Below, in pieces: positions 24,889 to 39,860 of a stretch of 64,000 nucleotides of DNA (positions within the stretch are counted from its first letter, which is position 1; every line of letters begins with the position of its first letter). Source of the stretch: Podarcis cretensis (lineage: Eukaryota); assembly GCA_951804945.1 (NCBI GenBank), contig OX638164.1:25048001-25112000 (forward strand), written 5' to 3'. A model generated the notes under the pieces. It saw only the letters and a list, made by a program, of their open reading frames with translations. It was not told the origin of the DNA and ran no database searches. Both the position numbers and the translations under genes were made by a program.

Positions 24889-25791
24889 TCAGACAGAACG
24901 GCTGAAACAGTTTCGCCTGCAGATCAAAGGCAGAACCCTACAGCCAGACAGAAAGGATTCAAATTATCTGAAGACCTCTTTCAACATGAAATTGAGCCTT
25001 CTTGCTTGCAAGGATGCTCCTGACTTCCTAGAGGCAGTAAATTAGTTTTACATTATATAGCAGCTTTCCATTTCTGAAGGAAATACCTAGAAGGCAGCTC
25101 TTCGGCAATGTAAAGCAATAATCTCTTTCCCAGAAAGAGATATATTTGCAGGATTTTAGGCCTGAAGAGCACGTCAAAACTTGCAGCCAGTGTGTTCTAG
25201 TCCCTTGGCCAGGTCCAAAGCTACCACGTGGGCTCGGGATATTTTTCCGGACTTCCAGGAGGTTAGACACTTCCTGCACAACTCCTTCACCCACCCCTGG
25301 CTTGCTGACAAGAGAGGTGGAGTAGAGACTTGAAGAGACTTGCAAGCGCTGGATTTTGCTTTGGACTACACAACACAGAAGTGATGACTTGGCGGTACAT
25401 CACTGCCCTAAATGAGCTTTGGGATTTGTTACTCAAGGTGGAGAGCACGCCACACACGCACACACAACCTGTTATTTGTAAAACTACCCACGCTATCAGT
25501 GACAGACCTTAAACCCTGTCCTTATTTCTCAAAAATGAAGAGCTTTCCCCACACCTCTTAAAACAACCTGCTCTGCAGCCCTATTATTTTTACTGCTGAA
25601 GTTTAGGGAGACCAATGGGTTAATGCTAAAACCCTTTATGTCTTGCCTTAAGCTTAGATCTCTGGCAGCAATGCCACAGTGCCTTCCAGCAGCCCTGAGT
25701 CATGTCAACCTTCCTTTGACAAGAGTGCAGTGTGCAGTAGACAGTAGAATAACAAGAGGCTTCAGAATGGGATGCTGCCTTCAAGAACTCA

Positions 25792-26049
<258 letters not shown>

Positions 26050-26632
26050 CTATTTCTCAGGCAGCCAGATTACCCAGGTTTGTTAAATAATAACTATTAT
26101 TATTGTTATTGTTAACCACTCATCTGGCTGGGTATAACTTATGTTCAATGGGACTTACTCCCAAGTAAGCATCCAGTGGATTTAAAACTGTGGCACACAA
26201 TCTTGTATGATTCCGCAAGATGAATGTTACAATCCTGCTCTCAGTTATCTGATCAACCATCCTGTAGAATGGGCTGCTTAATATTCCAATCAGAGAACAG
26301 AGGCTGGAAGCTAATGAAGCTTAATATGAAGTGTGTGATTAAACTATGATTTGAATTCTCAATGAATCCCAACCTTCTGTACTGACACAGAACAAAGTCG
26401 GCTGATGCAAGGGAGCTTTCCTGTCAAAGTTGCTGCAATGAACAGTCCCCTTGTGCCAAAAATGATCCTCCAATTTCCAGAAGTCAGAAATGGCGATGGC
26501 AGGTCAACAGATCTAGCTCACCACCAACACAAGAGATAACAACACCATAAGCGTACTATAGACCAAGGGAAGCTTGTCAATTGTGAAGCTTCACCTGGGT
26601 TTAAGAAAGCCATTCCCTTTTGTTTTACTTAC

Positions 26633-26789
26633 CTGAAAGAGGCGGGTAAAGATATCAAATTCAAACACTGAAATGTAATCATTGCATGTCAAATCAATAG
26701 TAGATTTCAGTGCCATTGCCTCTAGCCCTGAACTTATAGGATGTACTTCATGTAAGGCCTGACGGAAGGTCTTCCATGGAACAATGGTC
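26633..26789 (-). CDS. CBL: CBL exon 4 (EF-hand)
   Basis: [52 protein letters not shown]; 157 nt. Confidence 0.97.
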
Positions 26790-27880
26790 CTGGAAGTGGG
26801 AGAAAAGGAAGACCTCAGAAACTCCCTAACTCCATATGCATATAGATTCACAGCCACAACGGAAGGGAGGAATGTAAAACGCACACAACAGGATGCCAAG
26901 AACAAGACATTTTGCGTAAGAGAAATGATTCACGCTAAAGGACAAATGGACAGCATCATTTCTAATTTTGAAGCTGTTCAGTTAACTGATGGAAGTGGCG
27001 TCTGAAGCACTTATATTTGTGTAGTTGCAAGAGAAAAAGATGCGACACAATCTCTGTCTAAACAAGGTCTCTCATGTAAACCAGTTTAATTAGCGGCTTT
27101 CTGATGTTAAGCTAGTGGCAAGTTAACTGCGGGGAGGAAGGAGGGAAGCCAATCTATGAGCGAGCATCTTGCTAACCAGCACTTTCCAAGTACCTTTCAG
27201 GAGACTGGCAATGCATATTTCATAAACAGACACTCTATTAGAAATGAATGTATGACCCTGCCTCCCCCGCCTCCCCCACCCCCCGTCCAACGACACTTAA
27301 ATTAATCTCTGCAGACAACCATCTAGAGTTATGACAGTCTCCATCCCTGCATCCAAGGGACATGTTAATTCCCATTCTGCCTAAAGCAGATACAAAAAGA
27401 CTAATTCAGTGGTACTGTGTCTTACATAACTAGTAAGTAGTCATGCAATGCCTGGTTCATTTGAGTGATGGGCCTATTTTGCAACTATTCATCATTGTCT
27501 TCTGTTCCGTTAAGTGTCACCCTAACATCAATGCTACACTGCATAAGAGCCAGGACCAACATGCCAATGACACAGTAAGGCTGAAACAAACTCTCGGGTA
27601 GTGACCCTGTGAGTGGATAGTGGCCACAGTGGGAGCTAGGCTAGGAGAAGTTCAGGTCGTTCCAGCTGTTTCTGGCAGAAAGATCCCTGAAGGAGAGGAT
27701 TGATAGCCACTCCCATGGAACCTCTTTTGTGAGCTCCCCCTTGCAGTTCCATCCTATGACGTTTACAGATGCCAACACCAGCAGAAAGGTGTTTTTTGCA
27801 GCTGCTCCACGTTTACACGCCCCCATCGCCAACAGATTTGCTGGAGCCAAAGCAGAAACTGATACTGGAAAGAGTACTTA

Positions 27881-28036
<156 letters not shown>

Positions 28037-30433
28037 TCACAAACACAGATCTGTCTTGAAACGTGAAACAAACAGCCAGATGGGGGATAGAAAAAGGAGC
28101 AGAAAGCCGGATTTTTGAGTCACATTTTGGAATGCTTCTTCCAACAATGATACATTTGTTGCAGTATACTGCACAGCAGTTGTGAAGCTTAGATTTACCT
28201 CTCAAGTCCCTTGCAGAAAAGTATGTTATCTACTTTTAGATATGCAATGGAAAGGTGAGAACGATTTATGCTACACAGGAGGTTTATTACCAAGCTAGAA
28301 TTCACAAGCCCTTGCTCAATGTTTCATTGTTTTTTTGGTTACCTTTCTGTTCCATTTTCTGTTAACCTGGATCAGTTCAAGATTTCACAAGAGGAAGTTT
28401 TTATAGAGAAAGCACCTTGTGATCCCCAAATCTGAAGGTGGTGAAAGGGGGGGGAAACAAGGGCATCTGAGGTGAGAGAAAGAGGCTGGCAGAATAAGAA
28501 GCAAGGGGAATGAATGGATTGGCACGTAGGGTCCACAATGTATTCCCTTCATGTTGCAGCCAGGACCAGAATTTTGCCAGCTGACTCCTTTACAAGTAAA
28601 TTCTCACCAAGTTCTAAATTCCTGCCTTGATACCTGAACACAAAAATCTGTCCCTCAAAGAGCACAATGCAACTGTTCCCTTCTGCATATACACTTTTAA
28701 AAATGGCTTTCATAGTTTGAAACTGCATATATAAAATAAATCTTTACAATAAAATTAAGGGCTCAAAGAGGGAAGTCTTGGTTCATGGCCAAGGTTTTTA
28801 TTTTTTTTACACCAGGCAGTTTTCTAAAGAAAAATAAAACTAAAATGCCCCAGAGAAACATGAGGCTTGCTTCCCTTTGCAACGTTTAAAACACACAGAA
28901 AACTGCAATATGCAAAGACTGGTCCTTGCAAATTTAAGGAGAGTTCCCACTTTTTAAAATGGAACAACGATAGGAAGACAACTGGAGTCAGCAGCAGCTG
29001 AAGGGACATTGCCGCTGCCCGGTGTCTATTACTGATCTTCAGTGCAGCAGAAGGGGTCTTTCCCTCCCCAACATGCCTAATCTGTTACACCAGACTTCAG
29101 CTCACTTCGAATCATATGAGACAGCTTTTTTCTTAAAGCCATTAACTCTTTCATTATCTTTTTCTGTATCAAAAAGTGAGACAAGGTCAACTAAGTTGCA
29201 CTGTGTTTTTAACCGATTAGTGCTACATGGGCTGCTAGGAATGTATATTCTTCTTTTATAAGAGGGGGGGGGCAGGGCTCAAACTTGTACTCCTAAATTT
29301 GCACCCGTTGTCATTATTCACCTAATATTTTTTTGGTGGTGGTCGTTTTTAAAACACCTACTACGTTCTTTCAAGGATTACACACACAAAAACTGATGCT
29401 GTTTACGACTATTTTCCAGATGTGCAGCTTTGCAAGAGAGAGTTCCCACTCTCTAAATCTGCAATTTTTAAAAATGCCTATCACTACTCACTTCCTCCAA
29501 ACAAGAAGGTGTTTGTGAATGTTACAAAACAAGAGCAACCATAAGCGACCTTACAAAGCAATCCTAAATATAGGAAGCTGGCATAAATTAAGCCTATTCC
29601 AAATTCTGTTCAGGAGGCTCCTGGCTGCCGGCTGAGATGGCCCAAACCAAGAAAAGAGGAAACAGGCCCTTAAAATAAAGTTTCACTTACAACACTCTTT
29701 TTGCCCGCATAGGTTCTGCCAGGTTGCCACATTACGTAACTGAGCTGAAAAAAGTTTGGAATAGGTGCAAGTCTCTCCTTGCTCCCCATCCCTGCCACAC
29801 CGCAGGAAAGCCCCTTTTGAGGGACTTACACCAGTGTAAACTCTGCTAACTTAAGTTCCACTGGCTGAGCCAGCATAGCCCTGTCTCAGTCAGGCTGAGG
29901 GAATTTTGCTGGAATATGCACTGCGGCGCCAGGTTGAGGGAGTTACACCAGTGTAGCACCAGCTAAGCCCAGCCTGAGGTCCGCCTATTCCAAACTTGAT
30001 CATCTTGGCAGATCCTGGTAGTATGCGTTGATTATGTTAGCAGTGTTCAGATAATCTATTGAGCATGCTAGAAGAAGTTAACGAAGCCAAGCCCAATTTC
30101 TTAACAAAAGTACAAACAAGTACTTCATTCTCAACTATTCACCTTTAATTTATGCTGCCCTAAACATTTTTATGTTGGCATTACACCTTAAATAAAGAGA
30201 CACCCAGGTGGCTAACAAAACAAGGAGACAAGAGCAATCACTTAAAAATAGTACAAAAGCCAACCATTTGCAGCATCAGGCAGCTCCCCACTGATTTGTT
30301 TCCTTACAAAAACTAGTCAAATCCAGATTTTTAAGATTGGGCTGTACTGGAATTCTTGAGACAGGTACACTGGCAGATTTTCCAGATGAACTGAAGCTTG
30401 TGACAAGAGAGTCAAGACCCATGGTTGAAGCAT

Positions 30434-30728
30434 GCCCGGACACTGAGGTCCAGCTCCGAGGGCCTTCTGGCGGTTCCCTCACTGCGAGAGGCCAAGTTGC
30501 AGGGAACCAGGCAGAGGGCCTTCTCGGTGGTGGCGCCCGCCCTGTGGAATGCCCTCCCATCGGATGTCAAGGCGATGGACAACTACCTAACATTCAGAAA
30601 ACATCTGAAGGCAGCCCTGTTCAGGGAAGTTTTTAATATGTGACATTTTAGTGTATTTTTCATCTCTGTTGGAAGCCGCCCAGAGTGGCTGGGGAAACCC
30701 AGCCAGATGGGCGGGGTACAAATAATAA

Positions 30729-30768
<40 letters not shown>
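30434..30768 (+). mobile_element. 5'-truncated L2-clade LINE with (ATT)n tail
   Basis: ORF end RAFSVVAPALWNALP...FRKHLKAALF typical of L2 ORF2 C-termini; 3'UTR ggaagccgcccagagtggctggggaaacccagccagatggg. Confidence 0.85.
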
Positions 30769-30769
<1 letters not shown>

Positions 30770-33700
30770 GTGAGGAGGAAACCTTTTCTAAGGGCTCATG
30801 AACCACTGGAACTCAGGCCTCTCTTCACCAGCCTTATTTGTGCACATCTTGACTGGATCAATGCACTAACCCTCACCACATCAAAATCTGCTCTAACATG
30901 GCAGCTGTGTGCACTATGTCTGCCCATCCATTTCTTGGGCCGAGAATACAATACTGGAGTGAATGGGAGAGCCACCCTCCTATTTAATTCTTTTTAGCTT
31001 CCTTTAGAATGGCACTCATTTGAGTCATTAAAGGGAAAACGACAGATCCTCCTCCCCTCCATATCTTGCTCAAGTGAGAATGTGCACTCAAGTCAACTAT
31101 TGTGGCTGTGTTTTTCATTAGAACAGCTAAAACAGCTCTCATTTAAAAATGAAAAGGAGGTAAGCATGATTTTAGCACTAGTGCTTGAACTCTCCTGAGT
31201 AGATACTTTTGAGGATGGCTGTTTAAAATACTCAAAGGATCACATGTCTCAAAGAACCCATAGACACAAAGATTATTCAGCATCTCGGCTAATACTGCCT
31301 TGCATTAGGATTAGGAAAGAGCACTGCATAGGTGGGCTCAAGGTAATAAACTAACAAGACGCTGCAGGAGCACCACAACTTTATTTTAAATACTCAAACA
31401 CAACAGCTTTGCAAAGTTGTACATATCCAACTCACTGGCAGCTTCTTTAAAGTCTGACTAGGAAAACGTGATCTCTTGCCTCACTGGACTTTGCCGATGG
31501 AAAATGTTTTTCCAGGAAACTGAAGTTATAACTGAGCAACACAATTAGCCAAGCTAACTTTTTAACAGCTGCTCTCAGGTGCTTAAGCAGCATAAATTTA
31601 AAGACTATTTGCAAGTATAAATGAGGACATAAAATTACAACGTTCACAAGCCTGAGGGAAAGCTAAAACCCTGAACGACTATTTTATGTGCCTGTGGTTG
31701 GCAGGCAGGGCATGAACACATTTGCAAAGGGAACCATTCAGGGCTTGAGATCCAGAATCCACCTGGCAATGAACGAGAGCTGTGGCTTAACTGGGAATAT
31801 AGCACGCTTGAAAGAAAACAAAAACCTACATCGTTTAATTTTACACATGAAAGTCGGTTAACAAGGTAAACACCATTTGCTCTCCTTCAAGCCATCAGCT
31901 GATACACAGGAAGGACACAGAAACTTCAGACCAGCACCTGCTCCTGAAAAGCACCAATTAAAACCACTTCTGTTTCACTTAAAGGAGATCAAGCAACAGT
32001 CATCCAAAATGGTAGCATGGTGGTGGGAACATAGACTTGCTAGTAAACACTAGGAGCATCTGGTTACTCAAGTCTTATATTGCAATTTTGGGTAGATCTG
32101 GCACAATGTGTGGAAGACCACTGAAAGCAGAAGTTCCCAGCTCTCCCAAGTGACTCACATCTGCCACTTTAGTTAGACACCATCCCATGAATGAAGCTTT
32201 ACAAATGTGCCTGCTTACTAGTTACTAGTTATTATTTACTAAACTTGCTCTTACTGTATGTTTAATAATGCATTTTACTGTTTAGGTTCATATGCTACAT
32301 TTCTATCCTGAAAGTTGTTACAACTACTACCACCAACAACAACACTCTAATGGAATTTCCTCACTTTGAAACAATACCAAATTTGGCCTGATTAATCAGA
32401 GGGTCTGACTTAAAATTGTTACTTTAGTTTCTGGAAAAGAAAAGAAAGAACAACTGATCTGGCATCAGCCACCATAATGACAGCAGCAGCAACAAGTTTG
32501 TGGCAGCATTTAATTTGTAAAGATGTTTTTAAGGAAAATCCTGCTTGCAAAGGCATGAGATGCAACAGCATATGGAAGAAGCGCTCAGCACATGCCAGGC
32601 ATCATTATGCATATTCTACTAAGAAACATTTGTCGAGAATTAATGGTGTGTTGGATGTTGTGGCCACAGCTGTAGCCCAGAAACAGTCGTTCTTTGGCAT
32701 ATATTGTCGTTTACCAACATTTAACAAGAGCCTCTGTATTTAAATCTATTGTAACACAGGGCTGTGTTAAATGTTTTTCTGTTTCATTTCCATTGTCAGG
32801 TTAAAAGCAGTGCTTTCAGGGGACAGAAGTCCTTCCTGAAAGAAGTGTTAATTGTAAGTTAGTTTCCCTTTTTACAAACCTGTGCACCAATATTATTTCT
32901 CCCATCTGCTTTCTGCTTAACAATTCTCCATTTTCTTCTTACTACATCCTCTTCTGGGATCAGTCACATGGGCAACTCCAGCCAATCAGGGATCGTGTCA
33001 TGTCACTATGCAGCCAATCAGATTTGGCTAAGTGATAACCTTGCTAAAAGCAAATAAAGAATTGAGAGCAAGACCAATGTTTCCTGAACAGGCAATCACT
33101 TTGAACACTGATATAGCTGTTGAAAAATTAATTGCTTAGCGATGGGACAAGTCCTTTTAATTCAATCCTACTATTAAGTGAGTTTCTCAGAACTGAAGAA
33201 ACTGGAGATGGGATCACCTTTCCACTCCAGCTTTACAGCCTCCAGTTTCACAAAACATAAGCATCCACAACCTCTTGTAGTCAAAGTAGTTCAATCAGAT
33301 AACAGATTTAAAAATTAGACAAGCCATGCAAGATCCAATTTTGAAGACACTGAACGGATATTGTCCTCGGCTCTCTCCCTCCCCTGTGCTGTGGTTGTAC
33401 TACTTCCTACCCCCCTTCATTACTGTTTTGGCTCCATATGTCTTGCAGGAAGTCAACAGGTCAACCAAGTACTTCCAATCCTGCCGAAACCTTCACAGCA
33501 GCCTCTCAATGGACCCCCACTTCCCCCAGTTCAGCTTTCTCAACCTGCTCCCCTCTGACCTGCAGTAGGCTGTTCCTTTCCTGTTTCCTGTTTGCTGGAT
33601 AAAAGCATTCTTCCACAGTAAGCGTTTGTCTTGCAGAAGACAGCAAACCACATTTTAACCCCTTCTGACTTTCTTCGCACCAGTAAGATAATCAGATAAT

Positions 33701-36700
33701 TCCACATGCCCAACCAGTACCTGCTGAACTTGGCAAAACCCCTACTGGGGTTCCTAGAATGATTTCATCTTACTCTCAGAACTAAGAGCAAACCAACAAA
33801 ACTAGTATAATTCATATTCACTAGAAAGTCTGGCTTATGCTGCTACCCATTAGCACAAGATACTTTAAACAAAATTAAGCACCAACCCAACAACTACAGT
33901 AAAAGCAAGCAGAGGGTAAATGTGGAATTTAGCACTGGGAACAGGATTCAGCATTCTTTGAATCTCGGGTTTCATTTTTGGGGGGAAGGATACGAACAGG
34001 CTTAGAAGCACAGGAGTACTGGGAACTCCCAGTGACCATTTGAGATGGGAGAAAACTTGATTCCGTTTTCATTTTCATACCAACATAGTATCATCAGTTC
34101 ACCCTTCCCAAACCAAAACACAGAGGATTCTTTGAAATTTGCACTTCTTAGAATTTTGTGATTTAATTCTCCAGCCAATGAGAATGCATTTAATTCCCTA
34201 TCAGTGAAAACAATGGGAAAAACTGTACTACATCAGAGGAGATGCTAACAGAAATGTGTGTATGCTTGGCAAAACTGTATCCAAAAATTCATATATTAGG
34301 AGATATGCACATATGAATTTTGTGCAACTTTTAAAAGTTGCAAATTGATGAGGAAATGGAGCAAACTGAAGGTTGGAAAAATGAGGAACTGAGAGAAACC
34401 AAAACTAACAGATTCATCCATCCCTTGTGATCAGTAACTTGTGCTTTAATGACCTGCATATCATACTTCATTTCTATGGCAGAAGTAAAGTATGCAAATG
34501 AAAAGTGAAAATTTGCATAATTTGCATAATTTATTCAACCTACAAAATCCACCCCTTCTGGGCATATAGCTATTTTAAGCAGGAAGTATATAAATTCCAA
34601 TGTAAAAATAAGCTACATACCACACAGATAATTAGAGAGTCCAAAATAAGGTTCTCTATTGTCTACGCATCACTTCCTGATACAGGTTTCTATAATTAGA
34701 TTTATGATGGTCAGAATCCTACAGTGTTCCTTTAAGCATGCAGAGAAGAGTTAATACACTTTGCACATTTAGCAGAAGCTCCAGCAGGGAGCTCATTTTA
34801 CACGTAGCAATTTTCAAACTAACATTAGAATTAAGCATGTAATTACTGTTCTAGTCTTGGCCCTAAAATAATGTACTTACAATTTCTTATAATTAGAAAA
34901 TTCTAGCCAAAAATGTGAATGGTAATGTAATTAAGCAGAAAAACAGTTTGGAGACATATTGATCCTACAATTGACAAGTCTGCAGAAAGGTTACAAGAAG
35001 TACACCATCCATTTCCTCTATGCACACATAGTAAGAAGAAATACTGGGAATGCCTAATTTTCTACAAACACTAATTTTATGAATAGATTTAAAGGCACAA
35101 GACTCCTGGAAATACAAATATCCCCTATAAAAATAACAACCCTGCTTCCTTATTTACATTTTGTGAGGAAGACTAAAAATGTACCTAGGGACACCTTGTG
35201 CAAGCAAGTTGTTCTCTTCAAGCACTGTTTATTCAAAATGTCTAACATTAAAACTGATGGTGGAAAAATCAGAATGTTTCTCCCTTAGAAGATACATATT
35301 CTCATTAGAGAACTGCTCTATTACTATATTAACAAGCATATTGCTTTTCTTAAGTAACTCAGATGTTCTGTATCAGGGAAGCTTTCTTCACAGGTTGATG
35401 AAGGGAAGATACAAGATGTTTGCAAGTTAAAACCAACTTGTTCCAACTGAGGAAGAAAACGTATTTTACATCTTACTAGAAAGATTCTGGGTATCTCAAA
35501 GTGATGTGTACTCTGAGACACCCTGAGCCTTACTAGCAAGATGTAAAATTTGTTCTCTCCCCATTTGGAAAATGTTGGTTTTAGGGAAGGAGGTCAGGAG
35601 CAAGACGGGATGAAAATCTAGCAATGGACACCATCTCAAGCTGAGCACAGCCGGCTCTTCTGCTGTGGCCAGCCAGGCTTTCATCAAGGATAGGGCAAGA
35701 AGCAAGCAGCAACCCAGACACCTTCTCTGAGGCACGAGGAACTGGAGGGCTGCTACAAAACTTCATGGGGAAGGCCTGACTGGCTGCGATGGTGGGGGGC
35801 TGGGGGAGCTGGTTTGGTTGGACTCTCAATGTTGGTGGTTGGACTCTCCTCCCCCTTTTCTGGCAGCCCACTTTGCTAAAACCAACTTTTCCCAAAAGAG
35901 GGCAATGACATATTTTACATCTTACTAGGAAGGTTTGGAGTCTCTCAAAGTGCACATCTCAGGCCTACTAGAATCAATGAAAGCAAAGAGGTTGATAATT
36001 ATACTAAGACAAGGCAGTGTAGCCATAGCTGTATAGAAATGAGGAGTCCAGAACTGCAGACTGGTTGTCCAGAATCAGTCAAGTTAACTATCATAGTCCT
36101 CCCAATTCCCACCTCTGTGTTTTTCCCATCATAACTACTTCTGGCTGAATCTAACAACAACAACAAAAAACACACCTTTAGTTGCAGGGAGAAGAAATGG
36201 AAGCCAAATATTGCATTCTCAAGCACTTAAAAAACACAATGCACAAATAATGCTACATATTTATAACTTTGGATAAAGAGAAGCATGCACCTCAAGGTAA
36301 GAACAGTTACACTTAGAAAGCACCCTTATACTTCTCTGGGTGCTGTAAATAGTGCTAACATGTGATGTTTCCTCACAATGTCATGTGCTTATTCTCACTG
36401 CATCAGTAGCTTAAAGACAGACTGGTACAGTAAACATGGTCCAAGGGTTTAGGTCTGCCTTTGGAAAGAAAACTCGTCTATGCAGAAAAATTAGATTATA
36501 TGGATATTAGGTCTCATGACAAAGAAGCATTTCAAGAGTCAATTCAGCGAGCTTTGCTCCCAAATGTTCACTGGAGACTTCCCTAACAAATGCCACACAC
36601 TCATCAAGAAACAGAATAGGCTTAGTTTCAGCTGTTCTGTAAAACAAGGCTAGTATTTCACTTCAGAGACGCCCTTAGTCCCCAGACCTTTAGTGGGTGT

Positions 36701-36747
36701 TGTGTTTGCTTGTTTTTGCACTAGAAGGTTGCAGTAATTTCTGAGTA

Positions 36748-36976
36748 CATTGATACCTCGGTTTTCGAACGTAATCCGTTCTGGAAGACCGTTTGAGTTC
36801 TGAAACGTTCGAAAACCGAAAACTCAATGGCTGACAGCTAGGCCTCAGGATCTTGCACTCAGTGGAAGATGCATGGCATGTTCGACTTCCAAGGCGTATT
36901 TGAAAACCGAAGCATTTACTTCTGAGAAAACCAAAATGTTCGTCATTGGAGACGTTTGAAAACCGAAGTATCACTG
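36748..36976. mobile_element. Tc1/mariner-type MITE
   Basis: CATTGATACCTCGGTTTTC / GAAAACCGAAGTATCACTG, TA flanks. Confidence 0.75.
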
Positions 36977-37215
36977 TACTGATTCTACTCTAACACAGGA
37001 GCAGATGAGTATCAAAACTCAGAGCCAAAAGTGACTGCATGCACATGCACATGGGGGGTTGTGCAGGAAATGCACTCTATATGGGGCTGCTCTGGAAAAA
37101 ACTTCACATGCTTCTTCTGATACAGAAGGCAGCAACCCATCTCCCCAAAGAAATGGACCACCACCAAAGCACACTGCTCTGATGTCTCTATTCACTCTCT
37201 TTTCTCTGGGCACAT

Positions 37216-37217
<2 letters not shown>

Positions 37218-37266
<49 letters not shown>

Positions 37267-37345
37267 TATTATCTATCCCCCGCCCATCTGGCTGGGTTTC
37301 CCCAGCCACTCTGGGCAGCTCCCAACCGAATATTAAAAACAGCAT
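37218..37345 (-). mobile_element. L2 3' tip plus (AAT)n tail, reverse orientation
   Basis: Reverse complement of the same L2 terminus. Confidence 0.75.
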
Positions 37346-38626
37346 TTTAAGATTCTTGTACTAACCCATAAAGCCCTGAAGGGCTTAGGCCAAACATTCT
37401 GTAGGAACCACGTCCTCTTGTTACAAGCTCATACATTTTATTCTCCTTTGAGGGGAAGAGGTGGCATGGCAGTGCTTCGGATACCAACCCTAAGTGGGAT
37501 GGGTTAAGTTACAGACCTAACTTACAAAAATGTAAATGAAAAGCAATTAGTTGGAGCTTCTTATTTTCTTTTTATCCTGAGCCACTGCTGCAACTGTGTC
37601 TTTGCCATTTTCTTCTCTCTAAAGTCATTAAAGCTCATGTTCAAACAAATGTACGGAGCTTTGGGGCAGGGGGAAGCACTAAAAGAATATCTCTGGCCTC
37701 ACGAAAGAGCCCAAATGTTGCATGTAGGCCATGTGTTTTCCACCTCTGATCTAACATGTCAGACCCCATTGAGGCCGATGAATGATTGCACCGAGTCCCT
37801 GTAACAGGACGATATTCCATGTAAGCAACAACTCCCCTGCTGCTATCAGTTTTTACTCTGACCCTTGCAAATAAGTGCTGAATAGTCATGCTTAAACATC
37901 CTATGTCAACATTTATAAGATTTGTGCAGCTTCAGAGCCTTTCACAGAGTAATCAGTTTTTAAAAATAGATATACAACGGAACTACTTTCAAGTAAACTT
38001 TCAACACAGGAAGCGATTGAAATTCCACTTCACTCTCACTGATAGAAGCATAAGTCACCTTCCAGAGAACTGCAGGGCAAACTGATATACAAAATGAAGT
38101 GCCCACTGTCTTTTGCTTAGTAGGAGACTCATCCAGACAGATTTTAGAGCCATCAAATTACATGTCCATCATGCCAGTCTGCAGCCAGTCAGCTAGCATT
38201 GCATTGATTCTGCAGACTGATTCGCCAAGGAACCAGCATGAAACAGGAAGTCGACATAATTAGATGCTGTAAACCCACTATCAGAAAAAATCAACAGTTG
38301 AGCTGGACACAGCCTCTAACAATTTTACCTTAAAAGTCTTTGTGGATCCCTTCAGTGGTTCAACTGCAAATATTTTATTTTATTTTTCTAATTTTTAAGA
38401 AATAAGAAGCTGGCACTAGAAAAAACATAGAAAGGTACTAGGTAAGCCTCTTTGGAGCAGCTATTCCAAAGCTAAGATCCCACTACCAAAAACTATCCCT
38501 AGTAGACATTCACTTCATTTCCCTGGGTGGGGCACCACGAGCAGGTCCTCTAAATGGGACCTTAAAGTTCAGTTAGAAAGGATAGAAAGTATCTTTTTTA
38601 TGTAACCTGGTCTCAAGCCATTAAGA

Positions 38627-38750
38627 CAGAGGTAGGGAACCATTAACCCTCCTGATGTTGCTTGACTCCAACTCCCACAAGTTCCATGGCCAGGGATGAT
38701 GGGAGTTGTAGTCCAACAACACCTAGAGGGTCAAAGTTTCCTCACCTGTG
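38627..38750. mobile_element. Palindromic hAT-like MITE
   Basis: CAGAGGTAGGGAAC / GTTTCCTCACCTGTG termini; internal actcccA...tgggagttgtagt inverted repeat; related copies near 1730-1880, 14215-14330, 56862-56972 and 63856-63985. Confidence 0.65.
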
Positions 38751-39860
38751 TGTTAAGCACTTGAAAGATTAAGACTAGAGTTTTAAAACTAAGTGCCAGA
38801 ATGGGAGCCAGCACAGAAAACAAAGCACTTGCATAATATGGTTGAAACACCCAGCCCAATTATTAATCTTGTGGCCCTGTTTTGGACCTACTGTAGTTTC
38901 CAGACCGTTTTTAAAGGCAAGCCCACATACAATGTATTGCAGTAATAGAGTCCTTACAACAACTTAGTAAAGTTAATCAATATTATTATCCCCTACGTTA
39001 CAAATGGGGAGGAGCAAGGCTGAGAGAGAGTGGCTTGCCCTAAGGGCATCACATCAGTTCATGGCAGAAACTACATTCAAACCAGGACCTTTCCTGATCT
39101 ATCGCTCAGTTTCCTGGTCACTAATGCCAATTAATGAATAATCATCATAATCATATTAGTTGTATAACTGATTATGAGTTCTGTAATTGGATGAGAGCTG
39201 CAGCTATTTACCACACACAAAGCATGCTGGAATTTGCCTAGTTACATTTGGATCCTGTTTCAAGTTCACTGGTCTGACATAAAGCAATTGTGCAATCTTT
39301 CAACGCCACATCTTAGTGCCTTTCTATCAGACACCAAGATTTAATATACAAGGCTACAATCTATATTAAATTATAGTTCCAGCAAAGCAAAATAAGATTA
39401 TGGGTTTTCTAATCATTTGAAACTGTTTGGAAATGCATGAAGCATTAAGTGTAAAATGAGATTTCTGTGGAGATTATTTTAATGAGGAAACATCAAAATA
39501 AACAGCACTGCAAAACCTGAAATTGTTAATTCATTGAGATGAGGTTCTGATAACAGATGCAAACCAGAATTTGAGGCTCTTTTATTCATATTCTCACATA
39601 TCCAAACCTAGTTATGCAGGGGAAAGCAGCTTCTGGATTGAGATTAGTATATTCACACTTGTTATATAAACATTATAATTACCTTGATATGGGATTCCTG
39701 TGGGGGAAAATGGAAAGGGGAAAATGGAAAGGGGAAAGTGGCTTCCACCACTAGCACTAATGTAGATGAAGGTAGACATGTTCAGCACCAAGGACTGTAC
39801 CATAGACTAGAAGTTGTTACCCTCATAAATGCATACTTTGAGTAATCCCTTTAATGACTA

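Noticed and set aside
37744-37863. 120-nt in-frame phase 2-2 candidate cassette exon in CBL intron 2
   Set aside because: Weak aag acceptor with little pyrimidine tract, donor gtggaa lies in a MITE terminus, and it would split the 4-helix bundle; likely chance
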